A DNA stretch of 64,000 bases from contig NIVC01001608.1 in the NCBI GenBank assembly GCA_002269645.1, forward strand, positions 124,001-188,000, in the 5' to 3' direction. Below are positions 1 through 12,983 of this stretch, one piece after another. The stretch is from Macrostomum lignano. Lineage: Eukaryota. The notes under the pieces were generated by a model that was not told where the DNA came from, searched no databases, and worked only from the letters and a program-made list of their open reading frames with translations. The translations under genes and the position numbers were made by a program. Each line of letters opens with the position of its first letter. Within the stretch, counting starts at the first letter, position 1.

Positions 1-1
1 C

Positions 2-286
2 GCACTGCAGACGCCCGGCCTGACGCCCAACGACTGTCTGGAGTTCTGCCGGGCTGACGACACCACGACGAAGTACTTCCGGATCGGGCGCGGCGGCGGC
101 GGCGGGCTGTTCGATGGATTCGGTGGAGATTTCGGTTTCGGTCGCGGTGGCAGCGGCGGTTTGAGCAGCAGCGACCCCGCCTGCTCCTGCCTGTTCACCA
201 TGATGCCGGAGTCGCGAATCCGCTTCGGCTCCGGCCGCTCCGGCGACTGCAGCGGCTTCAAGTATTTTGCCATCGTAGGTCGCTAG
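2..286 (+). CDS. 3' part of a gene running in from the window edge; Cys pattern resembling a WSC-like extracellular module with a Gly/Phe-rich insert
   Basis: Open frame 2-286: ALQTPGLTPNDCLEFCRADDTTTKYFRIGRGGGGGLFDGFGGDFGFGRGGSGGLSSSDPACSCLFTMMPESRIRFGSGRSGDCSGFKYFAIVGR*. GC-rich codon usage. TxxxCxxxC...YF...CxC spacing is WSC-like. Confidence 0.45.
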   Translation, partial: ALQTPGLTPNDCLEFCRADDTTTKYFRIGRGGGGGLFDGFGGDFGFGRGGSGGLSSSDPACSCLFTMMPESRIRFGSGRSGDCSGFKYFAIVGR

Positions 287-449
287 CGCTGCCTCTACTG
301 TTTCGACTATGGGCTTCTTATAATCAGTCACATCAGTGTGCGTGCAGCGATTCTGCAAATACACGATTTGTAACTCCGCTTGTTTGTTTTTTGTTAAACT
401 GCTTTTGAATTTCAATTCGTCAATTGCAAATGCATTGAATTCTCTTTGT

Positions 450-1092
<643 letters not shown>

Positions 1093-1397
1093 ACAAACAT
1101 CTAGCATTTCTAACATTTAAGTAAGCTGTTCAAATGAGCGAGTCTTCCAGTTTTGCCACAATCCAAGTCATGCCCAGTGCTTTGTTGCCTTTCCTCTTTA
1201 GAATTTCCAGTCTGGCGCAGCAGTAAAAACGCGGACCAATTAAGTGCATGTACATGGATAGACGATGAATAAGTATTTTCATGTACTTGCACCCTGCTTG
1301 CTCAAAGTGACAGCTACAAATAAGACGGCACAAAAGTCTCGCCAGATTCTTATTTAAAAACTTGTAAGGGAGGGGGCGTGAAGTCTGTGACTCTGGT

Positions 1398-2660
1398 TTA
1401 CAGAGCGGTCATTGCTACGTCAGCTTGCTGCCCACTTCCGTCACGAGTTGTTGGTTCATGCCGTCGGTCATGCAGACGCTGAAGGCCAACCAGCTGCCTG
1501 GGTGGCCGCTCACTCGCAGCCAGCTGGCCGATGCAGGGTCCGCGGGGCCGGGCGGCGGCCCGGAACCCAACTCGAAACTGGCGATCTTTCCACAGCAGCA
1601 CCGCCCAGTTGATGGACTGGTTGATGAGGATCAGAATCTGGCCGATGTCGCTGATGTTGTACACTGAGCGAAGGCCCATAACGCCGGCATCGGCGTCGTC
1701 ACCAAAGACGGTCCGGCGCATGACGATGACGCCGACGGCGCACACGGGCAGGACGGAGATCTGGAAGATGGCGGAAAGCGCCACCACAACCAGAGTCGGC
1801 GCGAGTTCCTCCGCCGCTGCCAGTCTGCCGTGTCGTCTGCCACCGCTGCCGACGGAGCTGCCGCCAAAGAAGTTGCCCGAGGTGCGGTGAAGACGACAAA
1901 GCCGCACAAGAAGAAGACTGTTGCACACTGACACGGCCAGCATCTGGAGGCTGGGCGGCTGCAGCAGTAACACGGTCGAGAAGATGGTCCACAGACGCAC
2001 GGAGTCGCCATAGAACGGCACTGGAAGGCAGGCGATGCGGCCGCCGCCGCCCTGCACCAGGCGATGCCAGCCCCAGAATGCTGGCACGGGGCCGGCCATG
2101 GCGATGGTCGCCACGAAGGCGCCGGTGGCCGCCTTGGCCGCCGAGCGGAGGCTGAGCGAGCGCGCCTTCAGCGGCCGGTAGAGGGCGTTCAGACGGTCCA
2201 GCGTCATCAGCAGAAACCAGTTGGCCGACAGGGCGTGGAAAAAGTTGTGCGCGAACCGGAAGCCGCGGCACATGCCGTCCGACATGTTGGGGATAATTAT
2301 CCCAACGCGGCCACCGGAGAGCCAGGGCAGCCCCTTGGCCAGCACCTGCCAGCCCAGGCCCCAGCAGATGAGGTTGCCCCAGTCCGACAGCGCAATGCAG
2401 GCCAGGTAAAAATGCAGCCGAGTTCGCTGACGAATTCGACGAAAGATCACGTGCACCGTGAGCAGGTTGCCCACCGTTCCCATGGCAACGGCCACCGGGA
2501 CCACGGCGCCGGCCAGGAAGCCGAGCACGGTGGCCGTGGCGCAGTCGAGACTGGAGCTGTCCACCAGGGAGTCCACCTGCAAGTCCAGCAGGGTGTCCAG
2601 GTAAGAATCGTTGAGGTAGCGCTGCAGCATCTCGCTGCGCTGATCAGGCGACCAGGGCAT
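1398..2660 (-). CDS. Intronless class A (rhodopsin-like) GPCR, peptide-receptor-like, 420 aa
   Basis: Seven hydrophobic segments. TM1 GxxGN (GTVGN), TM2 LAxxD (IALSD), TM3 Cys then DR motif (MTLDRL..LYRP), ECL2 Cys (IACLP). TM7 is NQSINWAVLL. Confidence 0.88.
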   Translation of the reverse strand: MPWSPDQRSEMLQRYLNDSYLDTLLDLQVDSLVDSSSLDCATATVLGFLAGAVVPVAVAMGTVGNLLTVHVIFRRIRQRTRLHFYLACIALSDWGNLICWGLGWQVLAKGLPWLSGGRVGIIIPNMSDGMCRGFRFAHNFFHALSANWFLLMTLDRLNALYRPLKARSLSLRSAAKAATGAFVATIAMAGPVPAFWGWHRLVQGGGGRIACLPVPFYGDSVRLWTIFSTVLLLQPPSLQMLAVSVCNSLLLVRLCRLHRTSGNFFGGSSVGSGGRRHGRLAAAEELAPTLVVVALSAIFQISVLPVCAVGVIVMRRTVFGDDADAGVMGLRSVYNISDIGQILILINQSINWAVLLWKDRQFRVGFRAAARPRGPCIGQLAASERPPRQLVGLQRLHDRRHEPTTRDGSGQQADVAMTAL

Positions 2661-3073
2661 TGCCGGTGGAGAGGCAGCTGAGCTTCTGACTGAGAATTAC
2701 AGCGTTCTGAACTTTTATCACGGCAAAGCGGTGACGCATATTTCTGATATCGCATTATTCGATTAATATAGTACAGTATATCGGTAAAGTAAAGTATTCC
2801 TACGATAACGCTGGGCTAGCAGGTGTGTTTGCACTTCATTCGACCGCGGCCCAAACCGGGGGTGTGGCATTTCGCGCTATTCCAGACGCAGGATGTTATC
2901 AAAATTCGTTTGCACTCAAATCAATAGCTACAATAATTTATCGAATGTCGGCCTGCATGCATAGCCTTCACGCTTGTTATTCTGAAGTCATTTGTTTAAA
3001 GGAGTGCCAATCAACTGCTAATCTCTCTATAACCATAACATTTTCGTGACCCAGAGCACATCCTTGCGTCGCT

Positions 3074-3700
3074 ATGTTTGCTCTGAGTGACGAGACCAGT
3101 TGGCCTATTTTCCTCTAAGTGACAAGACCTGTTGGCCTGTTTGCTCTGAGTGACGAGACCAGTTGGCCTATTTTCCTCTAAGTGACGAGACCAGTTGGCC
3201 TATTTTCCTCTAAGTGACAAGACCTGTTGGCATGTTTGCTCTGAGTGACGAGACCAGTTGGCCTATTTTCCTCTAAGTGACAAGACCTGTTGGCCTGTTT
3301 GCTCTGAGTGACGAGACCAGTTGGCCTATTTTCCTCTAAGTGACAAGACCTGTTGGCATGTTTGCTCTGAGTGACGAGACCAGTTGGCCTGTTTGCTCTG
3401 AGTGACGAGACCAGTTGGCCTATTTTCCTCTAAGTGACAAGACCTGTTGGCCTGTTTGCTCTGAGTGACGAGACCAGTTGGCCTATTTTCCTCCAAGTGA
3501 CAAGACCAGTTGGCCTGTTTGCTCTGAGTGACGAGACCAGTTGGCCTATTTTCCTCCAAGTGACGAGACCAGTTGGCCTGTTTGCTCTGAGTGACGAGAC
3601 CAGTTGGCCTGTCTGCTCTGAGTGACGAGATCAGTTGGCCTGTAATTTGCTTTGAGTGACAAGATCTATTATCCTGTTTGCTGTGAGTGACGAGATTAAT
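3074..3700. repeat. Minisatellite of alternating ~31-bp units (CTCTGAGTGACGAGACCAGTTGGCCTATTTTC / CTCTAAGTGACAAGACCTGTTGGCCTGTTTG)
   Basis: Directly visible tandem units, decaying at the right end. Confidence 0.95.
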
Positions 3701-4156
3701 TAGCAGGAACTGAAGTTTGAGGAAAAACTTTGGACGGTTTCTTTTTACGGGTCATTAGCCGAATGAAATAACGCAGGTTAAGCTGAGTTGGCTGCGGTTA
3801 GCACGCAGCTATATAGGCTGTTTGTAGCGTCAAATTAAAAACAGTCACAGAAAAAACAAATCAATAGTAGCCATTTTAAAGCTGCTGCAGCTGATCAATC
3901 AGCACTGAATTTATGTTAAAATATAAAAGTTCCACCACACGGCAAATCTCTTTTATTTAATCACATTTCTCGAATTGTCAACAAGTGGATATCTACAAAA
4001 TAGCAAAAGTTTTTAATGACAATCTAGACACATAAGCCGGCAATGCATTTTTAACTTGTATCGATTTTATCGGTTGAAAGAGCCAGCAAAAAGTACAGAT
4101 TAAAAGTTACAGATTGTCCAGATTAGCTTCCAAGCGTGGCTGAGTCAAATCTCAAC

Positions 4157-6881
4157 TCAGGGGCGACGCCGCTTCGCAGCCTGGCGGCCTTCCTGAACTC
4201 CGGACCGAAATTCCTCAGTCATTCGGTCAGCCAGCGACCTGCCGCTGCCGTCCGACATGATGGCTGTAAAGGCAGTAAATAAAAAAGAAAACATTTTTAC
4301 CATGCTACTTACAGTACGATATCACGAAGCCTGTTTTCTTCTACATCAAAAGCTGTCAGTTAACTTACATTTTCGCAGCTTAAGCAGTACCTGAGCTGTG
4401 ACCCTGGCTGCTTGCCTAATGATTGGTGATCGGTACAACTGCAACCAAGATAATTGTTATAATTAAAATAAATAGCATTGTAAACCTACTTAGTACCTAG
4501 TACACAATTAGGCCTAGATAACGAGATTCTTACCTGTTCTGACAGCTTGTGTTCGTTCTGTGAAATTAGTCTAAAAATGAAAGATAAAATTGCATGTTGT
4601 CAAATAAATTTTCAAATTGTAAGGAAGCTTTTTAGTGAGAAAATATCCATTAAATTATCCTGCATTTGAGCTAAAAATGTTTGAATATTCTTTTAATTTC
4701 AGCTGGAGTGCACCATGCCACCTCATATATTTGGGAATGATTTCTCAGCTTGGCACTTGTGACTTACAAGCCCAGCCATTATTTGAGGATGGTTTGAGGT
4801 TGATGGCGTACATAATGAGGTTACATTTGAGGTTGTGTAACATTAGCACTGACCTTTCTTCACATTTTCTAGTTTAACTCCTAACCAAAACCAGATAGAA
4901 AGGAAATTCAAATAACAAGTTTTTTGTTGAAAAATTTATCTTTAGTTTGACACATAAACATAAAAATTGGTCATTGGTTTTTAGTTTGTTATTCTACATA
5001 AATAATGAATTCAAAAATGGAAAATGCATACAAAACAGTGTACATAATGGAAAACATTTTTAGTCCTGGCATACAAATGTAGTCCTGTACTTTCCCCTAA
5101 TGGACATGGCATACACTAAATACACAAATCTAAACTATGGTCTGTATTTAAAAATTTAAATATTATTATAATTGTAATTTTAGTGACATTAAAAAAAGGA
5201 AAAATACATAAATTTCAAAATAGGATTATTATTTTCTTTTATCTTCTTTATCTTATTTTATGACTAGGGCCTTAATGCATTTTGTAGAACATATAGTATA
5301 ATTTGTTATATTGCTATATAATAGCTAACTATATACTATGCCTAATGCAAGGTGTGCATTTCTTTTTTCTTGGCACATGGCGCACAATTAAAAATTCAAC
5401 TAAGGATTTGTTATGGCCATAGTCAGGAAGAGATAGCCTTTTTCATGGAAAATTCCAATGCAAAAAAAGGTTAGACATGTGCTATACTGGCACATTTAGG
5501 CGCAAAAGTAGGCAAGGGAGAAAAATCTGACACAATATGGCACAAGACAAATAATTAGCACAATTTGGTGCAAGACAAAAACTTCTAATGAGACAACATT
5601 TTCTCTGACAAAAAATATCATGTAACTTTTTTTATTAGCACTTTTTGTTTGCTAGTATATTGATGACTTTTAATTAATTTACATTAACATTGTATTTTCT
5701 ATGAAACAGAATCAAATATAAGTTTTACTAGTAAAGTTGCAATATATGGCAGGAGCAAACTTTTGTAATAGGAATAGTTCCGGCGCATGGTGCAAGCCAG
5801 AGTCAGGATTGTGTACTACTATATGCCGGCATAGAAATTGCTTCCATAGCTCATGTATACCAATGTATGCCAACAAACTTTTTTTTGTATACAAAAATAT
5901 GCCAAAATTAAATTACAAATTACAACCAATATTAATAGCTTACAAAACTAAGTTAAACCTGGTTTTTTAAATTAAGTTTTCTGTTTTCTTGTAAAAGGCT
6001 AGCTATTCTTTCTGATCAAAATTTAGCTACTGTAACTATATGTATATCAATACATGGAAACTAGGCCCTATGGCTATACCAAATATAAACTTAAATCATT
6101 TTTGTATGTTAATTGTGTCAATTGATTGGGACTTGGAACTTTTGGTCCCACTTGCTATCTAGGCAATCTCTATATGCCAAGCTATATGCCAAGAGGGCAT
6201 GCCAGGCCCATCTGTACACCAAGCTGTACACCAATGGTGTAGTCTAAGTCATTTTGTGTACTAGAATTTTCTAGCATATATGTATACCACCTAGAGTCTT
6301 GTATGCAAACAAACTTTTCCTGATAAGATTTATTTTGGCACATGGCACAATCAAACTCTTTTGATAGGATTCATTCTAGCACAGGTGTGCCATGATCCTT
6401 TTGGCACATGGCACAATCAAACTCTTTTGATAGGATTCATTCTAGCACAGGTGTGCCATGATCCTATCTCCTATGGCTGTGGCACACATGGTGCACCTTC
6501 TTGACCATGGCATAGGCATGATTCCTTTAGAAATTTATTAGGCCTATGCCAAGAAATAATTATAGTACAAAAAAAACAAATTACCTATATGGCCTAATGA
6601 AGAAACTAACTTCAACATATGCCTAATAATATTAAAATTATTGCTTCAATGCCAAGCCAAGGCCAGGGCTGCTAGGCCCCCCTCCCAGGGTCCTGATCCT
6701 GACTACATGTCTATATGTGGAATAAAATATTTGTTTAAATTATTGTATTGAATTAAAATCGTATATACAATTTATTTCTACACCTTTAACTGCGTGCAAA
6801 TTGATAAATTATTTTCTAATCATCAGCTTTTGAAAAGTTAACTTACTGCGAAAAAATACGAGCAATAATATTAGGTAGCAT
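4157..6881 (-). CDS. Five-exon 84-aa microprotein, NCBP2-AS2-like
   Basis: Exons 6881-6847, 4570-4534, 4438-4391, 4340-4313, 4263-4157, all GT..AG with consistent phases (255 nt). Protein: MLPNIIARIFSQLISQNEHKLSEQLYRSPIIRQAARVTAQKKTGFVISYSIMSDGSGRSLADRMTEEFRSGVQEGRQAAKRRRP*. The family call rests on my recollection of the NCBP2-AS2 core (E.L..S.PIRRAA..TA). Confidence 0.65.
6335..6466. repeat. Two-copy ~65-bp direct duplication in intron 1 of the microprotein gene
   Basis: TTGGCACATGGCACAATCAAACTCTTTTGATAGGATTCATTCTAGCACAGGTGTGCCATGATCCT occurs twice in tandem. Confidence 0.9.
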
Positions 6882-8166
6882 GATGCTTTCTTTATTATCT
6901 CTTTCGAGGGGAGCTAATATCAAGAAGCTGCTTGCAAGAGCGAAATATTGAAACTCAGATGATATTAGCTTCAGTTTAGTCAAAAGAACAAACCGAAACT
7001 GAATGAAACAGGTATTAGAGGCATAATTCAAACGACCTACGGTGTCTGTTTACTTCATTTGTAGGAATTTTAAAAACCGAAAAGGAGTTCCATTCAACAA
7101 AATACATAATAGAGCAATTTAATAACGTGTATTTCTTGTGTAAATTCATTTTTAAATAGTTAATCGTCAAAATTTGAATGAGTTTTTTTAAATAATAAAT
7201 TAATTTTGAACTCACTGGCCACGAAAAGGGCCGAGATTTAAGTTAATTCAGATGTGGCAAAATATGTCAAGCCCAGGTATTTATTAATATTAAGACAATT
7301 TTTAAACGTCTTCTTACTTCGGATTAGCTCGGCGATAAGATTAATATTTTCATTGTGGAAATCTACCGTTCAAAAGTGAGACAATAATATCATTGAGCAG
7401 ACCAGGAATTAATTACTGTACTCGTATGGTTATGAAGTTAAACGAGTTTTCATGAGTGACATGTAGTAAATGCCAATATTTTGCAGGCAAATACTTCAGA
7501 TGATTCGACGAAATTTAAATCGTCTTTTGCAACGACTTTACTTGCGCAGCATTAAATTTCCCAGCATTATCGCTTAATGCATGTAAGTGATACATATACA
7601 TGTAAGTGACTGGCATCTTGGGCATGCACATGGATTTGATTAGGCTGTTACAATGCACACTGTTAAAATATTTAAACTTTGTATTGGGCCGTTTTAGATG
7701 GCACCTGGCTGGCCGTAATTCAAGAAATTAAGCATTAAAAATTAAGTTAACTGACTCATACATCATTTTTATGGCGAATTACAAGCCTACCGAAACTGTG
7801 TAAATGGGATATACTGAACTAAACGTTTATTGACAAGTAGACATGTTTATGTAACTTTTGTGACAGTAGTTCGGGTAATGCATGCATAAAAATGGTGCAA
7901 TATAACATTTAGAAAAGAAAGCGTAATTAGTACTCGCATACATTTGTTGCAATAGCAACGAGACTCAATTAACACCCCGAATACAGAAGCAGTTGCAGTG
8001 AGGGAATGGGTGTGAGAAAAAGTAAAATAAAAAGGCACATAACAAAACTTTGAATACATGACTGAAAAATTAAAGATATAAAACAGACAAATAAATTGCA
8101 CAACAACAAATAAGGCTTTGACCATAATTTTACACCGTAAATTAGTTTGAACAAGCTAAAATAGCC

Positions 8167-11100
8167 TTAATGCCAACGAAGCTTAACAGTTTCATCAGAT
8201 CTATCTGCTGTTGAATAAGTCGAATTAGGTGCCATCGAAGAGTTTCTGTTCGAGCAGTGCGGCTCGCGACTTGGTCGCTTCAAAGAATAAATCAGGAAGT
8301 CCAGCACGTACATCTGTCGAGGGGTTACGTAGTGAAACGATATCGAGGTATCGCTACAGCATTCGGGACCCTGGAATTAAAGGTGGTGTGGGAAGATGCT
8401 TTTTACTAACAACTGCTTAAACACAATGGGAATTTCTGTTTAGGCATAACCAAGGTACAGAACTCTGAGCCCCAGTCTGAGCACAGGGTAGAGAGTCCCA
8501 GTCTGAGCACAGGGTGGAGTCCCACTGTCCCAGTCTGAGCACAGGGTAGAGAGTCCCAGTCTGAGCACAGGGTGGAGTCCCAGTCTGGGCACAGGGTGGA
8601 GTCCCAGTCTGGGCACAGGGTGGAGTCCCAGTCTGGGCACAGGGTGGAGTCCCAGTCTGAGCACAGGGTGGAGTCCCAGTCTGGGCACAGGGTGGAGTCT
8701 CAGTCTGGGCACAGGGTGGAGTGACTGGAGTCCCAGTCTGAGCACAGGGTGGAGTCCCAGTCTGGGCACAGGGTGGAGTGACTGGAGTCCCAGTCTGAGC
8801 ACAGGGTGGAGTCCCAGTCTGAGCACAGGGTGGAGTCCCAGTCTGGGCACAGGGTGGAGTGACTGGAGTCCCAGTCTGGGCACAGGGTGGAGTGACTGGA
8901 GTCCCAGTCTGAGCACAGGGTGGAGTCCCAGTCTGGGCACAGGGTGGAGTGACTGGAGTCCCAGTCTGAGCACAGGGTGGAGTCCCAGTCTGAGCACAGG
9001 GTGGAGTCCCTGTCTGAGCACAGGGTGGAGTCCCAGTCTGAGCACAGGATGGAGTCCCAGTCTGAGCACAGGGTGGAGTCCCAGCTCCATCGTACCAGCT
9101 CACCTCTCGCAGAGGATAATAATTGTAGCGGCGCAGCCAGTTACCAGGCGGAATGCCGCCCGGAGGCAGGTGGTGCTCGGGCTGGAACGGGTGAAATCTC
9201 TCCCGGCCAAGGCTGTCCAGCGAGTTCAACACGTGTACGCCGAGCATGTTCATACAGGAGCCTGGGATCAGTGCGTTAGTAGTGAGATATATAAAAATTT
9301 CATGTAGTACTAGACTACTGGTATGTAAAACAAATTTTAATTTTTTTAAAGTAGTTTTAAGACTTATAGTCCAAAAAGTACTTTCAAAGTTTATAGTCCA
9401 TAATAGTACGTTTTCAAATCACAGGATATGCTTCTAAAGGTCTAGGATGTTTATAAAAATTAAAGAAACAGTTTTAAAGTGCAATAGCTACTTAAGAAAG
9501 TTCTCCTAAAGGCCTCTTAAGATTGCAGGATGATTCCAATAAAGTACACGAAGCACTTTAACATCGGAGCAAGCGCGCACCCAGATTAACGTCCTCGCTA
9601 ATAAACTGGCCAGAGCAGGCGGAGTCCCGGCTAGGCAGGCCTAGGTCAACAAATTTGCGCACGGCTGCTCTAGACAGCACGTAGCCGGCCCCGCCGGACA
9701 TGTAACCCTGCCGGACAAATGGCCGGAATCTCCGGCCGCTGTACAACGGCTCGTCGGGATCAGCGTCGGCCAGCAGACTGCGCAGGTTGTCAATCACTAC
9801 GTAGGTGTCGTCGTCGGCCTTCAAAAAGAAATCGTACTTGGCTAGCAGGCCGCTGCGTCGAAGATAGCTCAGAGCCGCTGTGGTCTTCTTCCACAGATTG
9901 GCCCGACCTTCGGGCACGTCCAGGGCTGCGGAGGTGGCCAGTTTGAGCAGGATGTGCTTGGGATTCGGAGGCACTGATCTGCCACAGTGACCAACTTAAG
10001 ATTTGGAGGCACTGATCTGCCACAGTGACCAACTTGGGATTCAGAGGCACTGATCTACCACAGTGACCAGCTTGGGATTCAGTGGCACTGATCTACCACA
10101 GTGACCAACTTGGGATTTGGAGGCACTGATCTACCACAGTGACCAACTTGGGATTCAGAGGCACTGATCTACCACAGTGACCAACTTGGGGTTCGGAGGC
10201 ACTGATCTACCACAGTGACCAACTTGGGATTTGGAGGCACTGATCTACCACAGTGACCAACTTGGGATGCAAAGGCACTGATCTACCAGTGACCAACTTG
10301 GGATTCGGAGGCACTGATCTACCAGTGACCAACTTGGGATTCAGAGGCACTGATCTACCACAGTGACCAACTTGGGATTCAGAGGCACTGATCTACCACA
10401 GTGACCAACTTGGGATTCGGAGGCACTGATCTACCACAGTGACCAACTTGGGATTCAGAGGCACTGATCTACCACAGTGACCAGCTTGGGATTCAGTGGC
10501 ACTAATCTACCACAGTGACCAACTTGGGATTCAGAGGCACTGATCTACCACAGTGACCAACTTGGGATTCGGAGGCACTGATCTACCACAGTGACCAACT
10601 TGGGATTCAGAGGCACTGATCTACCACAGCGTCCAGGGCTGCGGAGGTGGCCAGTTTGAGCAGGATGTGCTTGGGATTCGGAGGCACTGATCTGCCACAG
10701 TGACCAACTTGAGATTTGGAGGCACTGATCTGCCACAGTGACCAACTTGGGATTTGGAGGCACTGATCTACCACAGTGACCAACTTGGGATTCAGTGGCA
10801 CTGATCTACCAGTGACCAACTTGGGATTCGGAGGCACTGATCTACCAGTGACCAACTTGGGGTTCAGAGGCACTGATCTACCAGTGACCAACTTGGGATT
10901 CGGAGGCACTGATCTACCAGTGACCAACTTGGGATTCAGAGGCACTGATCTACCACAGTGACCAACTTGGGATTCAGAGGCACTGATCTACCACAGTGAC
11001 CAACTTGGGATTCAGAGGCACTGATCTACCACAGTGACCAACTTGGGATTCAGAGGCACTGATCTACCACAGTGACCAACTTGGGATTCAGAGGCACTGA

Positions 11101-11855
11101 TCTACCACAGTGACCAACTTGGGATTCGGAGGCACTGATCTACCACAGTGACCAACTTGGGATGCAAAGGCACTGATCTACCACAGTGACCAACTTGGGA
11201 TTCGGAGGCACTGATCTACCACAGTGACCAACTTGGGATGCAAAGGCACTGATCTACCACAGTGACCAACTTGGGATTCAGTGGCACTGATCTACCAGTG
11301 ACCAACTTGGGATTCAGAGGCACTGATCTACCACAGTGACCAACTTGGGATTCAGTGGCACTGATCTACCAGTGACCAACTTGGGATTCAGAGGCACTGA
11401 TCTACCACAGTGACCAACTTGGGATTCAGAGGCACTGATCTACCACAGTGGCAAACTGAGGTTGAAGAAGCGCAAACAGATTACCATGAGAGCTCACCAA
11501 CAGAAGGCAGAGACGGATCAGAAACGGTGCTCATAAAGGTGTACCCGTTGCATCTGGACAACCAGGTTGACTTCACGTGATAAGCCTTACTGGCGTGATT
11601 CTCCGGGGAGGTGACTACCCAGCAGAAAATTCGAACCCGCGACCATAGTGGATCGCCGCTAGGCCGAGGCTGTTTCTTGACAGACTGCGGCCCGGGCTGC
11701 AGTGGCTGCTGGAGCTCCACATGTGGCAGATAGGCCTGAGAGGCTGGACGCCAGCAGTTGCGCTGTTGCCAGGCCGGGAACAGGCCCAGACTGATGATGC
11801 TGCCCAGGCAGAAGGAGACTGCGCAGCTGCCTAGCAACAACAGGCAGTTCCGCAT
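8167..11855 (-). CDS. C1GALT1: Core 1 beta-1,3-galactosyltransferase (T-synthase), 4 exons
   Basis: Exons 11855-11498, 9925-9581, 9261-9104, 8370-8167 with canonical junctions and matching phases. N-terminal TM anchor, RIFCWVVTSP, TWLSRCN, EGRANLW, FLKADDDTYV, YMSGGAGYVLSR, EDVNLGSC, GRERFHPF, GPECCSD..SFHYV. Confidence 0.93.
8466..9083. repeat. 24-bp minisatellite (GAGTCCCAGTCTGAGCACAGGGTG) filling C1GALT1 intron 3
   Basis: Directly visible; source of the TPPCAQTG ORF. Confidence 0.95.
9955..11450. repeat. 38-bp minisatellite (GTGACCAACTTGGGATTCAGAGGCACTGATCTACCACA) filling C1GALT1 intron 1
   Basis: Period 38 (e.g. 10981 to 11019), with 36-bp variants. Interrupted at ~10630 by a copy of the splice-acceptor region. 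Confidence 0.95.
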
Positions 11856-11919
11856 GGGCTGGATTGGGGAAGCGGTTGCCAGGGTAATTAGAGGCTAGTA
11901 TTGGGACGATTCTATGCTT

Positions 11920-12250
11920 GATGGGCGATTCTAGATAGCTGAGGGGCGATTCTAGATGGCTGAGGGGCGATTCTAAATGGCTGAGGGGCGATTCTAGATG
12001 GCTGAGGGGCGATTCTAGATAGCTGAGGGGCAATTCTAGATGGCTGAGGGGCGATTTTAGATGGCTGCTGGTTGATTAAATATGGCTGATTAGCGATTCT
12101 AGATGGCTGAGGGGCGATTCTAGATGGCTGAGGGGCGATTCTAGATAGCTCATGGGCGATTCTAGATGGCTGCTGGTTGATTAAATATGGCTGATTGGCG
12201 ATTCTAGATGGCTGCTGGGCGATTCTAGATGGCTGCTGGACGATTCTAGA
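11920..12250. repeat. 20-bp minisatellite (GGGCGATTCTAGATGGCTGA) upstream of C1GALT1
   Basis: Directly visible. Confidence 0.92.
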
Positions 12251-12443
12251 GAGAACTGCTTATAGTTACTTGTAAACATAAAATTATGAGAACACAAATG
12301 AACAATCCATAAAATTGGCTAATCTATAAGGTTCACATTTATTCTATAAAAAATTCGCAAATTTATAAGTAAGAACAATGGTACAAAATTAGCATGACGT
12401 ACATGCGCTGAACAACGAGCGCAATTATGATAGCTATTACAGT

Positions 12444-12925
12444 ATGATTCCTACCATAGACTGTAGGGCGATGCTTATCATAGACCGAAGGGCGATTCCT
12501 ATCTTAGACCGTAGGGCGATTCCTACCATGGACCGTAGGGCGATTCCCATGAAGGACCGTAGGGCGATTTCCATGAAGGACCGTAGGGCGATTTCCATGA
12601 AGGACCGTATGGCGATTCCCATGAAGGACCGTAGGGCGATTCTCATGAAGGACCGTAGGGCGATTTCCATGAAGGACCGTAGGGCGATTCCTACCATAGA
12701 CCGTAGGGCGATTCCTACCATAGACCGTATGGCGATTCCCATGAAGGACCGTAGGGCGATTCCTACCATAGACCGTAGGGCGATTCCTACCATAGACCGT
12801 AGGGCGATCCCTACCATAGACCGTAGGGCGATTCCTACCATAGACCGTAGGGCGATTCCTACCATAGACCGTAGGGCGATTCCTACCATAGACCGTAGGG
12901 CGATTCCTATTATAGACGATAGGGC
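12444..12925. repeat. ~24-bp minisatellite (CCGTAGGGCGATTCCTACCATAGA) just 3' of ECI paralog A
   Basis: Directly visible. Confidence 0.93.
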
Positions 12926-12983
12926 GAGTCACAGGCTCAAAAAATGTCAGAATTATCCACACGCAGAGCATTATTATGATGAA

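Noticed and set aside
7240-7590. Possible plus-strand exons (CCCAG|GTATTT; TTTTGCAG|...GCAT|GTAAGT) divergent from the microprotein gene
   Set aside because: The joined frame stops after MSSPGKYFR and no convincing protein could be built; may be non-coding or chance.
9955-11450. Regular 36-38-bp repeats resembling a CRISPR array
   Set aside because: Units are head-to-tail with no unique spacers, there are no cas genes, and the context is a eukaryotic intron.
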